A stretch of DNA of 53,622 nt, the filler included, from Sphacelaria rigidula (taxonomy: Eukaryota): NCBI GenBank assembly GCA_964200075.2. It is 5 parts of 5 records of this genome, joined end to end, with 100 filler letters (N's around TTAATTAATTAA, not from the genome) between each part and the next. Parts side by side here need not be neighbours in the genome. Positions count along the whole stretch, not along the records: positions 32,237 to 42,879 come from CAXNAA020006153.1; positions 42,980 to 53,622 come from CAXNAA020006154.1; 3 more parts are not named here. One strand, 5' to 3'. This document shows, piece after piece, positions 38,339 to 50,617 of this stretch. The notes beneath the pieces were generated by a model that did not search any database, was not told where the DNA came from, and saw only the letters and a program-made list of their open reading frames with translations. The translations under genes were made by a program, and so were the position numbers. How positions within the stretch are numbered: the stretch's first letter is position 1; each line of letters begins with the position of its first letter.

Positions 38339-40043
38339 GGACGTGCCTTACCCCCTTATTGTTTCGATCGAAAAGGTGCGGTCGTTTTTTTTTTGCGGGT
38401 CTGATAGGTTCACCGTATTCATGTTCCTGGAATGCATCAACTCAAAAGTATAATTAGCGGCGCGCGGAGGAAAACTATTCGAGGCAAGAAATAATCATTC
38501 TCGATCGAAAACATGCGGTCGAAAGGCACGGAGCGGCACTTGACTTCTATTTTCCAAGCCACCACGCCAGATAACACCCGTTCACAGGACCATGCAAACT
38601 CCATCAAACTCATTTTCAGCCACCACCGCAACCCTGCAGCATAGAGCACGAGTTGAGCCCAGGAATAGATACACTGCAGTAGTTGGGTATGCTTTGTTTA
38701 CTTGTAATGGCGAAAACTCGCGCATCTTCTTTCATGGTAGGGATCAGCGACGGAACTGCGTAGTACCGTGGGCAACCGAGTGGCGTCACGGACAGCGGGG
38801 CAGTACAAAGCTGCACGTTCCTGAAGTCCTGTTCACGTCGCATTGTAAGCAGACAGAACTGATCGTCCTGGGCTGTCTGCACTGCACGTTGCCCGCTTCT
38901 CTTTTGTATCCTCCTGTACGAAACACGTACACACGCACTCGAGACACTGCTGGCAAGCAGTGCAGATAGTACAGACTGTGTGCTGTACACGAGTGACTTA
39001 GGCTTCAGTTCCGCATGCGCGATTTCTTCTTGAAATTAATCTTCTCATTTGTGTACAAGTTTTTTAAAATTATTATTTAAGCCCCACTTCAAGCTTTCTT
39101 AGGGAAAATTAGGCGCGGTTTATGTGCCTTCTTCCCGCCCTTGTTGTGGTGTTGTAGCATTATCCTCTCATGAGGCACGCCTTCTAGCAGAGAGACAAGA
39201 CGACGAGTTGGGCATTAGAAGTTTTGATAGTTAATTCAAAAATAAAGCTTTTCATTAGTCATGGAGTTTGAAGGCCACAACCTGTACACCTACACCCTAA
39301 CCCACGTACGAAAACAACAAAAAAATACAATAATTATATGATCCATGATACAGCAGTGGGGCATTGTAGCCTCTGGACACTGAGCATTGCAGCCGCTGGC
39401 CTCTCGTCCGGCAAGCTATAAGCTACAAGCCCCCCCCCCATGAGTACGCCCCCCCCCCCCATCATCTACCGTCAGTCGACATTGAAAATCTTCTCGAACT
39501 ACCGGTACCGGTTGTACGCTGTACAAGTGTACTAGTCTTGGTCACATTTTTGAAAACATAGCTGTAGATAGTGTCATGTGTGAAGATAAAATGGAACATT
39601 TTGTTGATGAGACCCGCAACAAAATTAGAACACGAAACACGACCATGGCAGTTTGGAGTATTGACGCCTGGAGCCCGTCGGTCTGTCTGGTGACGAGTCA
39701 CGCCACATGGAGCACTCGCGAGCAGCTGGTTGCAGGAGGCGCAAAACAAATATCGCAACTTTATGCGCGTTTCAAGCATAGTGGGCTAAATATAAGCTTC
39801 GCGATGAAAAGGCCTATTTGAGCTGAAAAAAAACAGATAAAGCTAAACCTTGTGCGCGCATACGGAACTAAAGCCCAGGGTGACCATGTACCGTTTCACG
39901 GATTTCACTGTCTTTTTCCGATCGAAAATTTGAAAATACGCTTGGACCCAACTCAAGAAAAATGAGCGAACTTTGCTCAAAACGATTCCACTGCGGCAGT
40001 GTCCCATTTTTTCGATCGAAAAGAAGTGCTATTGGGCACGGCC
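38339..40043. mobile_element. PIF/Harbinger-type non-autonomous element (1.7 kb)
   Basis: TAA|GGACGTGCC...TTTCGATCGAAAA and TTTTCGATCGAAAA...GGCACGGCC|TAA. Removing it restores a sequence colinear with 35832-35890. Confidence 0.75.
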
Positions 40044-40064
40044 TAATAGTCCTTCTGTGGGAAA

Positions 40065-40299
40065 GACAATTTCTACGATAGCCCCCCCTAAAAACCAGTT
40101 TAAAACTGTCATACAGCGCCTGATGTTTGGTTTCAGGCCGCCTGAAGCGCCCCATATTGGCGACATTGGCTAGAAGAAACCCAAGCGTGGGAATTCTCAG
40201 CTGCTCGTTGTGTTCGGCTTTTCCCTTTTCGATCTACCTGAAGATTTTGCCCACCAACACCATGCACTTTCGGGGGGGGTGGCTATCGTAGAAAGTGTC
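40065..40299. mobile_element. MITE with GAC...GTC ends and 4-bp TSD GAAA
   Basis: TIR GACA(A/C)TTTCTACGATAGCC, 18/19 match. Same family as 46665-46920 in the opposite orientation. Confidence 0.85.
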
Positions 40300-40307
40300 G
40301 AAACTTC

Positions 40308-40464
40308 CACACCTTGGACAATATGTGGTCAATAGTTGCAATAGACAATAAATGTCCTGCATAAAGTATAGGCCTATTGCGACTTATGTCGGCCGGCAAT
40401 AGTTGCAATACGTCTATACTTTCTCGTCTATTGCATCCGTTGACTTCATATTGTCCAGGGTGTG
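40308..40464. mobile_element. CACACC-type MITE with a perfect 8-bp TSD, GAAACTTC
   Basis: GAAACTTC|CACACCTTGGACAATATG ... CATATTGTCCAGGGTGTG|GAAACTTC. Confidence 0.85.
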
Positions 40465-41609
40465 GAAACTTCCGAACGCTCATGGTTGATTTGCTACGTT
40501 TTCGTTTTTCGTCCATTCCCCATCAAAAGCCCCCCTCCCCCTGGAAACCCCCGGATGTTCCTGGAATGTGTGAGCCGGTAAAACTGTCCCGAGGCGACGC
40601 TCGTAGTCCAAGGGCTAACCCTTTTGAAACCGGACTTTCGTTCACCAGGGGTGTCGACCTGGTCTGCGCCCAGGGTTCATATGTGAATCGGTATCGTTTT
40701 CATTTTCATCCCTTCGGAAGTAAAAATGATGGCTCATTCAGAACGGGCCCCCACCTCCGGTTTTTCCACATTGGTCTCGAAAGGGCTAGCAAAGTTTGAC
40801 GTGACATGGAGCCAAACGGCCCAATTAATCCGGCGCGCCTTCCGGCGGGGCGGACTCGCAGCGGGGGAAGGGGGTGAGGGGTGGGTGGTGGGGCTCGCAC
40901 TTCTCGGCTTCGGCGAAAATGATACTCCCTCTGGGCGGATTTTTAAGCAAGATTCGGAAAAAAGGAATATAAGCAAGGTTGGTATGATACGGCCCAAAAC
41001 GGGTCGTCTGGGCACTGTGGACCATCGGACAACGTTTGCATAATATGATCAGGTACCACATTGGAAAAAAAAACCCCGTGAGGTTCGGGGGGGGATTGTG
41101 CGTAAAAATCCCCTGGTCAGTCATTTCGGTGGAGATCCAGCTTTTTTGTATCCAGCGACGGATAAACAAGCTCCGTCACAGGTTTCACAACCCGGAATAC
41201 CCCGTATGGATAGGGCAAATTTGATGCAAAAAAAAAAATACTCCCTTCTCGAAAAGGGGGGGATATTTTATCATCATCCCCGGTTTGGGGCACCGTAGAC
41301 CACGCTTCAGAACCCCATCGACGCTGCGCGTCAGTAGGTACCGAATAACTTCTCTCTCTGGATCATCCAAACTCCTACATTTTTGCCGCTGGGAGGCGTT
41401 CTCAGCAGCAGACATGTCTCACCAGCAGATGGGAAAGCTTTTACTCGGTGGTCCAAAGTTGGGGTGGTAATTTCGAGCAACTTCTGCTGGGGTGTGATGA
41501 ACTTTTTCGGTGCGATCTCTAAGAGACAGCGGTTCTGTGCGTTCCGCAGCGGCGGTCCAAAAACAACAAGAAAAACGGTTCGGAAAAAGACCTTCATATG
41601 TCCGAGTTA

Positions 41610-42431
41610 GGCCGGACGTTATGGCAACAGATCTTCGGCCCCAGACATTCAAAATTTATGTGACACCCGTGTTATGGGTACAGATTTATCGAAATTTTGG
41701 GTGAAAAATTCCGTGGCCAAGATTCGGGGCCCGAGTCCCACAGAATTTTGGGCAAACTGGCGGGGGTCGGCAAGCGCAGATTTTTGCACACTTATTTTTG
41801 CGTTTTGACCGGCAGACCGTCATAATGGGGTCACGCCGCGTTTTTCTTGGATGTGCCGGCGTGCTGGCTGCACCTTTGTGAGTGAATCCTGTCGACAATA
41901 ACCAATAACACACGAAGTAAACCACACACCGCAGCCGACACGCCATGAAGTCCGCTTCGCGCGTACGAGACAAAAAATGACACGCCTTGCTCGTCGGTCT
42001 CCTGGCAAAACCATTGCAGAGACGTTGAGAAAAAAGACATGTGATGCGCACTGCCGCTGTCTGGCGAGTAGTTCTGCGATCCTTCGATGAAGGATTCAAC
42101 TTGAGCAAGAACGAGGGGGGCATAGTCGCTTACTTATGTGCTCGAAAGAACCGGCACTGGTGTTAGTGGGGTGGTGATGACCTCTCTGCGGCAGTGACGC
42201 TACACTACTACAGCACGCCACAGCACACGAGACATCTACGGGACTGTAAACTGTTGAAACACGCCAAACATTAAACTCGAAACCCTGGTGGAGGTATACA
42301 AATCAGAACAGTATGGTATGAAAATCTGTGTGCTGCCATAACATCATTCCCGAAACCAAATTTGCTGCGGATTTGTTTCACCAGGATTCCTAAATCTGTG
42401 GGCCAAAGATCTGTTGCCGTAACATCCGGCC
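41610..42431. mobile_element. Non-autonomous TIR element with GGCC ends
   Basis: TIR GGCCGGA(C/T)GTTA(T/C)GGCAACAGATCTT. Flanks are TTA and TAA, so the TSD is TA or a decayed TWA. Another left end begins at about 42446. Confidence 0.75.
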
Positions 42432-42496
42432 TAAGGCCGCTGTTTAGGCCGGATGGTATGGCAAAGATATTTTTGGCCCACGGATTGTTCACTTTG

Positions 42497-42879
42497 GGGA
42501 CGTCTTGGCCACTTTTTCATCCCCAAACAGGGGAAATCGCCAACACACGTCTCGTACACTTTGCATCACCCCACAGAGGGGAGCCTAGTCTGCTCTTCAG
42601 ATTCACTTGGCTCCGAGGTTTCGAGATTGGCCGCTGGACAATAATTCGTGTGCAAAAATCTGTACTTGCCGACCCCCGCCAGTTTGCCCAATAATCTGTG
42701 AGATCTCCGCGGAATTTGTTGCACACGGATTATCGTTCAGCGGCCGCTTTCGAAACCTTGTCGCCAAGCGAATCTGAAAAGTGGGCTAGGCTCCTCTCTG
42801 TGGGGTGATGCAAAGTGTCCAAGACGTATATGTTGGCGATTTTCCCTGTTTGGGGGTCAAAAAGTGGCTCAAACGTCCC
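42497..42879. mobile_element. Foldback MITE with long inverted arms
   Basis: GGGACGT...CCCCAAACAGGG.AAATCGCCAACA...ACACTTTGCATCACCCCACAGAG.GGAGCCTAG is mirrored at 42785-42879. A related fragment lies at 21493-21575. Confidence 0.8.
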
Positions 42880-42979
42880 NNNNNNNNNNNNNNNNNNNNN
42901 NNNNNNNNNNNNNNNNNNNNNNNTTAATTAATTAANNNNNNNNNNNNNNNNNNNNNNNNNNNNNNNNNNNNNNNNNNNN
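42880..42979. other. Artificial contig spacer
   Basis: Same 100-bp N/TTAATTAATTAA linker. Confidence 0.97.
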
Positions 42980-45475
42980 ATACACGGTAAAGAAATGTAC
43001 TGCGTACAGCATGGAATCTATTGTCTATTGCATATAGACAATAGATTCCATACTGTACGCAGTACATTTCTTTACCGTGTATTCTTTTGTCCAGGGTATG
43101 CAAAGTACCAAATTCTACCAAAAGCACGATCCTCGTCCCCACTCTCTCACCAGCGTACCGATATCTGGTCATGTCGATGGTAAGATAGCGCTTCAATACT
43201 CAAAACGAAGACACGCTAGCTCTAACATTCGTTGATCTGCACCAAATCGCACCCACGTTTCTACCCCTTCCGCGCGACAACTTTCACACAACCAACCCCC
43301 CGCCTTTCTCCAAGAAAGAGTGGGCTGAAACAGCTGCTGCGAAACATCGGTACTATACTGTAGCAGCACCATGTACCCGTGCACAGGCGGCCTACAGATC
43401 GTTTCGCGTCTGTCTCCTTCGCACGCAACAATTCAACGCTCCTTCCCCCTGCTCGGTCTGAGAGGTGCCAAGTCACATGACTGAAGAACCGTTCGGATCT
43501 GATGGGGAAACAAAAAAAAAACAGCTCGCACATATAATAGAGAGTCGGAAGACGCTTTTTTGTCATTTCAGAGTGCAAATATCTCAGGATCAGAGTGCAG
43601 AAAAAACAAAAACAACTCATCGACAAAACGTTACGGGAATACCATATTTGACGGAGGGGAAAATAATTTTTCGTTACACTATTACTCTTATCCTGAGATG
43701 TTTCCACTCTGGAATGACAAAAAAGCGTTTTCCGAAGCTCTGGAATCCCTTCATGAAAGTGAAGAGTGCTCAATTTCCAGAACACAGCAATGAGATGTGT
43801 GAGCTGTCCATCTCCTGGGTCTCCCCCTCCCCCCCCCCCCTCACTCCCACTCGCACACAAAAAACGCTCACCCGCAGAAGAAAAAAAACAAGGCGCGTTT
43901 CCAACTTTCGAAATTAAGTGTGTCCATGCCAACATCACCTCATCTATCTCTCGCGTATAGTTAGTATCCATGAGCCCGTTGGGATCTCGGCTGTTCAATG
44001 TATGGATACTAAGTGGACGCTAAAAACCAAGAAACAAACCAAAATACGTTAGAAAAAAAAAAAAGTGAATATGAATATTTCGAGCCTGCCGAGATCTCCA
44101 CCTTTTGCAAGTCAAGAAGAATACGACTGGTGGGTAGTCTGAGTCCGAGTCCCGCACAGGAGTAGCAAAGAATCCGGTACGGGGACCTCACTGATCCCTA
44201 AAAACGAGGAAAATAGAAGAGAGCATAACGGTACAGCAGATATGTTTCCTTCCAACACTGGACCTAAGTACCACACAAACGGCGGGGGAAAGAGATGGTA
44301 ACAACCAGGGCAAGAGCAAACAGAGCAATACATGGATGGATGGAGAAGTATGTCTACGGAAGAATATGGGGGGGGGGGGGGGGGAAAAAAAAAAAAAAAA
44401 ACGAAAGGAAACTTGGATCCCAACCAAACACAACGGNNNNNNNNNNAGGAGAAAAAGAGACAAAAGGAGAGCGAGAGGTGGAGGGGGAAAGAGACAGACG
44501 GGGGGGGGGGGGGCGGGGGGGGGGGAAAGAAGAAAAAAAGACGGAAGCGAACTCTGATCGCAACCCTACACAGACGTGAAGATATATGGAGATATAATAC
44601 AGCGCGTGTGTGAGACTGGTGGAACAAAACCATGAGCTTCCCCCAATCAAACCCCCTACTACAGCACACACACACGCACACAAGCACACACCATACCAAT
44701 ATACGAACAAAATCACTAGCACAACAACAGGGTGAGAGGAAGGGGGAAAACATCCAAAAAAGGTATCGCACCGGGGGGGGGATGGGGGAGGACGGGGCGG
44801 ATTGTAGATGCGGTCAATGTGCCGCACGCAATTTCGAAACGCTACCGTTACTCTTCAGGAGGAGAGCGTCCGGACACGAACCTCAACCCGAATCACAAAC
44901 GGCGGGGGAGTACCAATGCCACCTTGTGCAACAGCCGTGCCATACTGGTGTCATACTCCACACGCGGCGCTTGTAAGCCAAAAAAAAAATCAAGCAAGAG
45001 TCACACGCCCGAAAAAGTACCATCCTCCCCCTCCCCCCGCCCGTCCAAAAAAGGAGAATTTATAGATAAGAGCACACGTGAGCCACGATCCACAGCTTTT
45101 ACCATGCATGGAGAAGCGCGCTACTTCCAAGAAGTGACACATGACCAACAAATAATCGTTCGGGTGCTTTTTTTATTCCTCTTCTTTTTCCGTCGCGTAT
45201 ACAACAGTAGTGGGCATCACAACCCACACTTGACAGCAAGAAACTACTCGACCCCAAAAGAGCGGTACGACAAGATTAAAAAAAATCCAGCAACCTTCGA
45301 TACCGTAAGACAACAAGGGGCGATCGAACATCGGTGGTCTCCTTCACAAGAAACAACGACCCATCCTGTCGGGGGTCGCCAAAGCAACGGGCCGACAGCA
45401 AAACGCACGCCAAGACGCGATTACCCTCTCCAACCGCCCTCTCCGACGGGACGGCAGCAGGAAATCACCAAGGCC

Positions 45476-48400
45476 CTATTTCTTAGATGCAACAGGCGAA
45501 GGCTTGTTAGGGCTAGAGCTCGGAGATCCCCCTGGAATGTTGATGCTGGGTGTGATTCCTGCCGCGACGAGCTGCGCGTGCAGAGCCTCGTTCGCCCTTC
45601 GGTATCTGCCGAGTTAAGGGGAAAAAAATAATAATATAGCAGCAGCAGCAGCAGCAGCAGCAGGGCGCTTGCTGTCAGCGTGAATTCTTCACACATCGGA
45701 CAGCTGATTGAGCTACCTGGATATTACTTCTTGTAAGAGTACTGATCCGGATCATGAGCTAGCTAATTTGGTCACTATTTTCCGTGTTAGCTCCCGACAG
45801 CGATGAACGCCGAGCACGCCGTGTAGCGGGAAGGTAACGCTTTGGCTCCTCGGACACTGCTGTCACGTGTTTTCTGTTTTTGTACAATGGATCTGAGAGT
45901 TCTCTTTGATTAGCTATTTCACGTAGCTCATGAGCTATCCGATGTGTGAACTTTTTCAAAGGGGAAAAATCACCAATCACCAACCAGCAACATAAACACT
46001 ACCAACAACAAAAAAGTTGCAAGATACATTTTCAGGTGCAGGCTAAAAAGAAGAAGAAAAAAATGAGACGAGCGGGAACAGTCGTACTATGATACATTAC
46101 TTGAAGAAAAGTAACATGTCGAGTCGCACTTGAAATAAACTCTCAGCCGAAATAGAGCCGTCAACTGCAGTGCTGGGGAGCACCCGAACACCAAAATGCA
46201 TCCCCCGACAACGCATCAAGCCTCTTTAGGAGGAGCACAGCAAACTACGCCACGCACGCAAAAAGTGCGACATACACACACGAAAGCGCCACACAACAAA
46301 ACTCGAACCAAGGCTGAACCGCACGCATGTGCACGCATACTGCCCGGACTCTGCAAATTTATTTTTCAATTCAGATTTCGACGCAGTGGCGCGACTGGGA
46401 CCCAACCAATGCTGCGGACAGCCAGAGGCGTGCGTGTGGGGGAGGGGAGCGGGAGGGCAGGGGGGGGGGGGGGGGGGGGGGGGGGGAATCAGAAGAAACA
46501 AAAGAAAAAAAAGACGGGGGGGGGGCNNNNNNNNNNGAAGTGGGAGGGAGGGAGAGGGGGGAGGGGACGAGAGAGCAAAGAAGGGGCTGAGGAGCGTCTG
46601 AGTCAGAATTCGCTACACAAGAGACAAGACTAGAAAGGCGTTGGCGATAATTATGTTATTAGAAGACACTTTTTACGATAGCCCTCCCCCCAAAAGTGCC
46701 TGGTTCGGGGAGGCAAAATCTTGACGTAAATCGAAATACAAAAAGCCGGGCACAACGAGCAGCTGGGAATTCCCACGCTTGGGTTCCTTCTCTCCAACGT
46801 CGCCCATATGAGGCGCTTCACGCAGCCTCAACCCAAACATCAGACACTGACCATTTTTTTCGTGGTACTTTGGGCTGTTTTTTTGCTTGGGGGGGGGGGG
46901 GGGCTATCGTAGAAAGTGTCAGAAGCTCACTTGGTAACCTCCGGAGACTCTTGGTTTTTAGAGGCCGCGCCAAGCTTGATTGATCGACACCTAGCCGCGA
47001 AGTTGAGGGAGCACAAGGTCTCCGTCACGTTGTACGACGCCGGGCTGACGTTAACGAACATCATCACCTTCGACTTGCCGCTCAAGGCGTCCTGCACCAT
47101 AACAATTATCACCATCGGAGACAGTGGGGAAAAGAAATAGGGAGAGAGGAGATAGGAGAGAGAGAGAACAAAAGAGCAAGCGAACAATAAGTTGATGCCA
47201 CTGTCCGGATGGGAGGAAAAAATAGGTACAGTATGCGTGTATAAAATGTGTTCACGGTACCGGGAGATGATTCCGTCAAAAACGTCAAGTCTCAGACAGG
47301 CAAAAAGCTGCTTGCTGCTGTTCCAAAAATACCGTGATTCGTCACACGTTCGGGGAGACATGCGACGACTCAACACTGACACAAGAAAAACGAGAGAATA
47401 AAGTACCAAGATACAAAATATACAGAAAATATAAGGAAAATAAAAAAGTACGAACAAGTAGTATACAACAAACAAACAAAACTCCAGATAAACATTATGC
47501 CGGTCGCCCCATTGACTCAGTTGGTAAGCTCAAAACCTTCCGACGATTGGGTCGTGGTTGCGGGTCTCGGTAAAATCACACGATCTGGGATTTATTTCTC
47601 ACATCTTGCTGATCAGTGGAGAGCGACCATGCCATGGGTACACAAAATTCGACCTCACGGTCGACCAGGGAAAGGGACCACTGAACCCTTCTCACAAACA
47701 AACAAATAAGGCAAGCACCGCAGGAGGATGATGGAGTGCTCAAGAACACATACATGAATAAATGAAAAAATGAATCATTGAATAAATACATAATACGATG
47801 ATGAAAAAACTCCTGTGTTGGCCTTCCCCTTCCTTGTGTGACCCCGTAAACTGCCATCCAGAATAGATGGGACAACGATACATTCAAGAACAAGAACAAC
47901 GATTCAGTCAAGATAGTGGCCGCATGTACACCGAACTCTCCCAGCCCAGCACAAGCATCCCGAGACGAAACAGAAAACAAAAACATGTTCGCACCCCTGG
48001 TGGACAAAATACACGACCGGCTGTGCCAACAACATCACTGTGCCGCAACACATGTGGAAGGGTTGACCTTAACAAACAGCTGACCCCTGTCCTATCCGCG
48101 TACCACCCGGCACGGCATTGAAAAAGCAAAATAACAAAACGGCACTCACTCGCTATCGCATTAATTCAGCTCAAACCAGATTAAACCAAACCGCTCCTTG
48201 CAAGGTGTACTTCTTCACCTGGAGCACATAAGTGAGCTTCGAGTTCCTGAACGGCACGTGGGCCTTGCTCTGGGACAGCGCCGAGATGACGTCACCGAGG
48301 GCACTCAACGAACGGTTGATGTTTTGCGCCTCCCTGGGTGTATGGAAAATGGCAAAACCCGCACAAGGTATCATCACCATCATTTACCATGTTTGTTCTT

Positions 48401-50617
48401 ACCATTCATATGTTCATTAATAACGTCTTTTACTACTACTATGTTTACTGTCATCATGATATATTTCAGCACATCAGCCCAATATTTCGAACCTGCGCTG
48501 CTTACAGACGTGAAGCAGAAAAGGTGTCATGCAACATGAGACAATTATCATGAGAAAAAAAAAAAAGTGAGCCACTTTTGTTTTTCGGGTGTGCGCTGTC
48601 TTTGTTGGACGTATTCCACCATCCCTATCCCTGCCATCCATATCACGGTGAGGAGACACACATCGAACGAGCACATCAAGAAACGTTTCGCTAGCTATAT
48701 CTCGACATACATCAATGAATGTCTATTCGCTTCCAACAAAACGTTTTTGCCAAAACGAACAGCAAGAACGAAAAGGTTTAATGGGACCCCCCGCCCCCCC
48801 CCCCCCCCCCGCGCGCAGCGGGGTGACGTTTCCAGCCACTACAAGGGTAAGACATCAATATGAACAAGCGGGATGCTACTCCTGCAATGAAATAAAATGC
48901 GAGAAAATTCTCCCCCTCCCCAAACCTCAACATGAAAATGGACAAGAGTCCATACATACAAGTCAAGCACCGCCGTACGCTGTCGACATTCAAAGGAATA
49001 ACTTAGGGCGTTCTAGGGCGAAGGATGAAGAACGAAACTACCCCCACCACTCCCCCCTCAAAGATTGGCATGCTCCATCTCGCAATGGAAGCGTGGTCAA
49101 CGGTCAAACGACTTAGGCACGCGACAAATAAGTAACCCCCCCCTCCCCCCTACCTCCAAAGATCGGCTATATGGGGCACACCCCAGATAATGACCATGGA
49201 TTACTTTGTCAAAAAATGTACTGCGTACAGTATCGTTCAGTGAGTCTATTACACTGCATTAGACAAAAAAAAATGCACACTGAGCGGAGTACACTTTTTT
49301 TATATTGCAATCCATTGTCATTTTCCAGGGTGTGCTTTGTTGTTGCCATATCATGTTTTTCACATGCATACCATACATACCTGAGGCGCTCCCCCGTAGC
49401 GTCGGTTTTGGAAATACGTTCGGATCCCGCAAGGTCGATCAGATTCAGCTTGGAGCGCACGACAGCCCCGGTGTGCACGTTGGTTCCTTCCACTGCTCGT
49501 CGCACCCAGCAAAAATAACAGCCAGTATATTCAGACATATATATATAAGAAAATAAAAATGTACTTCTTTGTGGCATACTTTCTTTGTGGGCAATGTACT
49601 GCACATGTAAAATCAGTTTCCATAAAAAGGGAGCGACAGCAACACAGCAACAGCAGCCGTAACAACATCATGGACTAGGGCCGAACCTCACAAGAATACA
49701 GTTATGGAGATATTGGACCATCGCAACAGAAAACTCGGGAGGAGTGAACACCCCGATATTTGCTCAACCCAACACACACACCCTTGCTAGTTTTTTTATT
49801 TCGTGTCGATATATTTGTACATGCTCGTTTGTAAATTCATAGCTCTTCTCTCCACGTTCACGTCCAACGTTCTCCCTTTCTGCTTGATCTTTCCCCTTCT
49901 CTGTTTTTGGTTCATTTCGTTTGCTTCAAGCCTCACGCTGCGTATTCCATCTCTTCGTTTCCTCTTACTTTTTTTCTATCGCGAGCGTTCCCGCATTGCT
50001 TGCCTTGGGTACGTCTATATTTGTGGAAAATCATCACGACTGGCTAGGTCCCTCGAGGATCAGTTAATGTGGATAATGACAAACCAATCGAATCAACCCA
50101 CCAATCATGAGCGCATATCAACCCACCAGCGCATCTGACTTTGTGGTTAGTCCTCATATTCTCACACAGTGTATCCATCAACCAAAATGTTTCTGCACTC
50201 GTGCTCCTTATCTAATCCCACTGAGTAAGATGTATGACTTTTTGTTATATAAATACACGCTCTTCATAGGTTGATGATTTGATTTGATTGACTGGAATTC
50301 TTTCATCAACTGATTTGATTTCATTCATTGATAAATTGATTTGACCAATAGAATTGATAAATAGAAAGCTCAATTGATTGTCGCGCATCAATTGATTCCC
50401 CATGAATCCAGCCATCTACAACGATGTGTAACACTCCTCAACACTCCTATCTCCACATTCTCTCCACATTCTTTCCGTGTGCCCATCTCTTACCCCTGAC
50501 GTTGAAGATCATGTGGGACCTCGACGACCGCTCGTTCATGTCGTGCGCACCGACGGCCCTGTTCCTCCCGCCAAGCTCCAGCTGAGCCGACACCTCCGAC
50601 ATAGCCGAGACTTGCAC
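45476..50617 (-). CDS. Kinesin motor protein, kinesin-14 (KIFC3-like, C-terminal motor) type, 5'-partial
   Basis: Exons 50617-50494 (NERSSRSH, switch I), 49492-49381 ([11 protein letters not shown], switch II), 48333-48219 ([16 protein letters not shown]...[14 protein letters not shown]), 47091-46931 ([17 protein letters not shown]...[18 protein letters not shown]) and 45605-45476 (short tail ending SKK-TAG). Intron phases 1,2,0,2 are all consistent. The motor ends about 55 aa before the stop. Confidence 0.93.
45638..45663. repeat. (CAG)n microsatellite in a kinesin intron
   Basis: AGCAGCAGC... run of about 8 units. Confidence 0.9.
46665..46920. mobile_element. MITE with GAC...GTC ends and 4-bp TSD AGAA, in the last kinesin intron
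   Basis: AGAA|GACACTTTTTACGATAGCC ... GGCTATCGTAGAAAGTGTC|AGAA. Confidence 0.85.
47499..47885 (+). mobile_element. tRNA-derived SINE in a kinesin intron
   Basis: Head CCGGTCGCCCCATTGACTCAGTTGGTAA and body GATCTGGGAT...GGGTACACAAAATTCGACCTCACGGTCGAC...CTCCTGTGTT, matching the 14005-14380 copy. Confidence 0.75.
49060..49136 (+). mobile_element. Short 3' fragment of the same LINE-like family
   Basis: TGCTCCATCTCGCAATGGAAGCGTGGTCAACGGTCAAACGACT.AGGCA...AAATAAGTAA matches the reverse complement of 15090-15160. Confidence 0.55.

Noticed and set aside
43261..43998. 245-aa minus and 150-aa plus ORFs
   Set aside because: The composition is not protein-like. The region has inverted repeat-like blocks (AAGACGCTTTTTTGTCATT and AATGACAAAAAAGCGTTTT) typical of MITE debris.
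44112..45631. Long ORFs 44732-45631 (+) and 44112-44771 (-)
   Set aside because: They are low-complexity, homopolymer-rich sequence in the kinesin 3' flank. The plus ORF overlaps the kinesin terminal exon in antisense.
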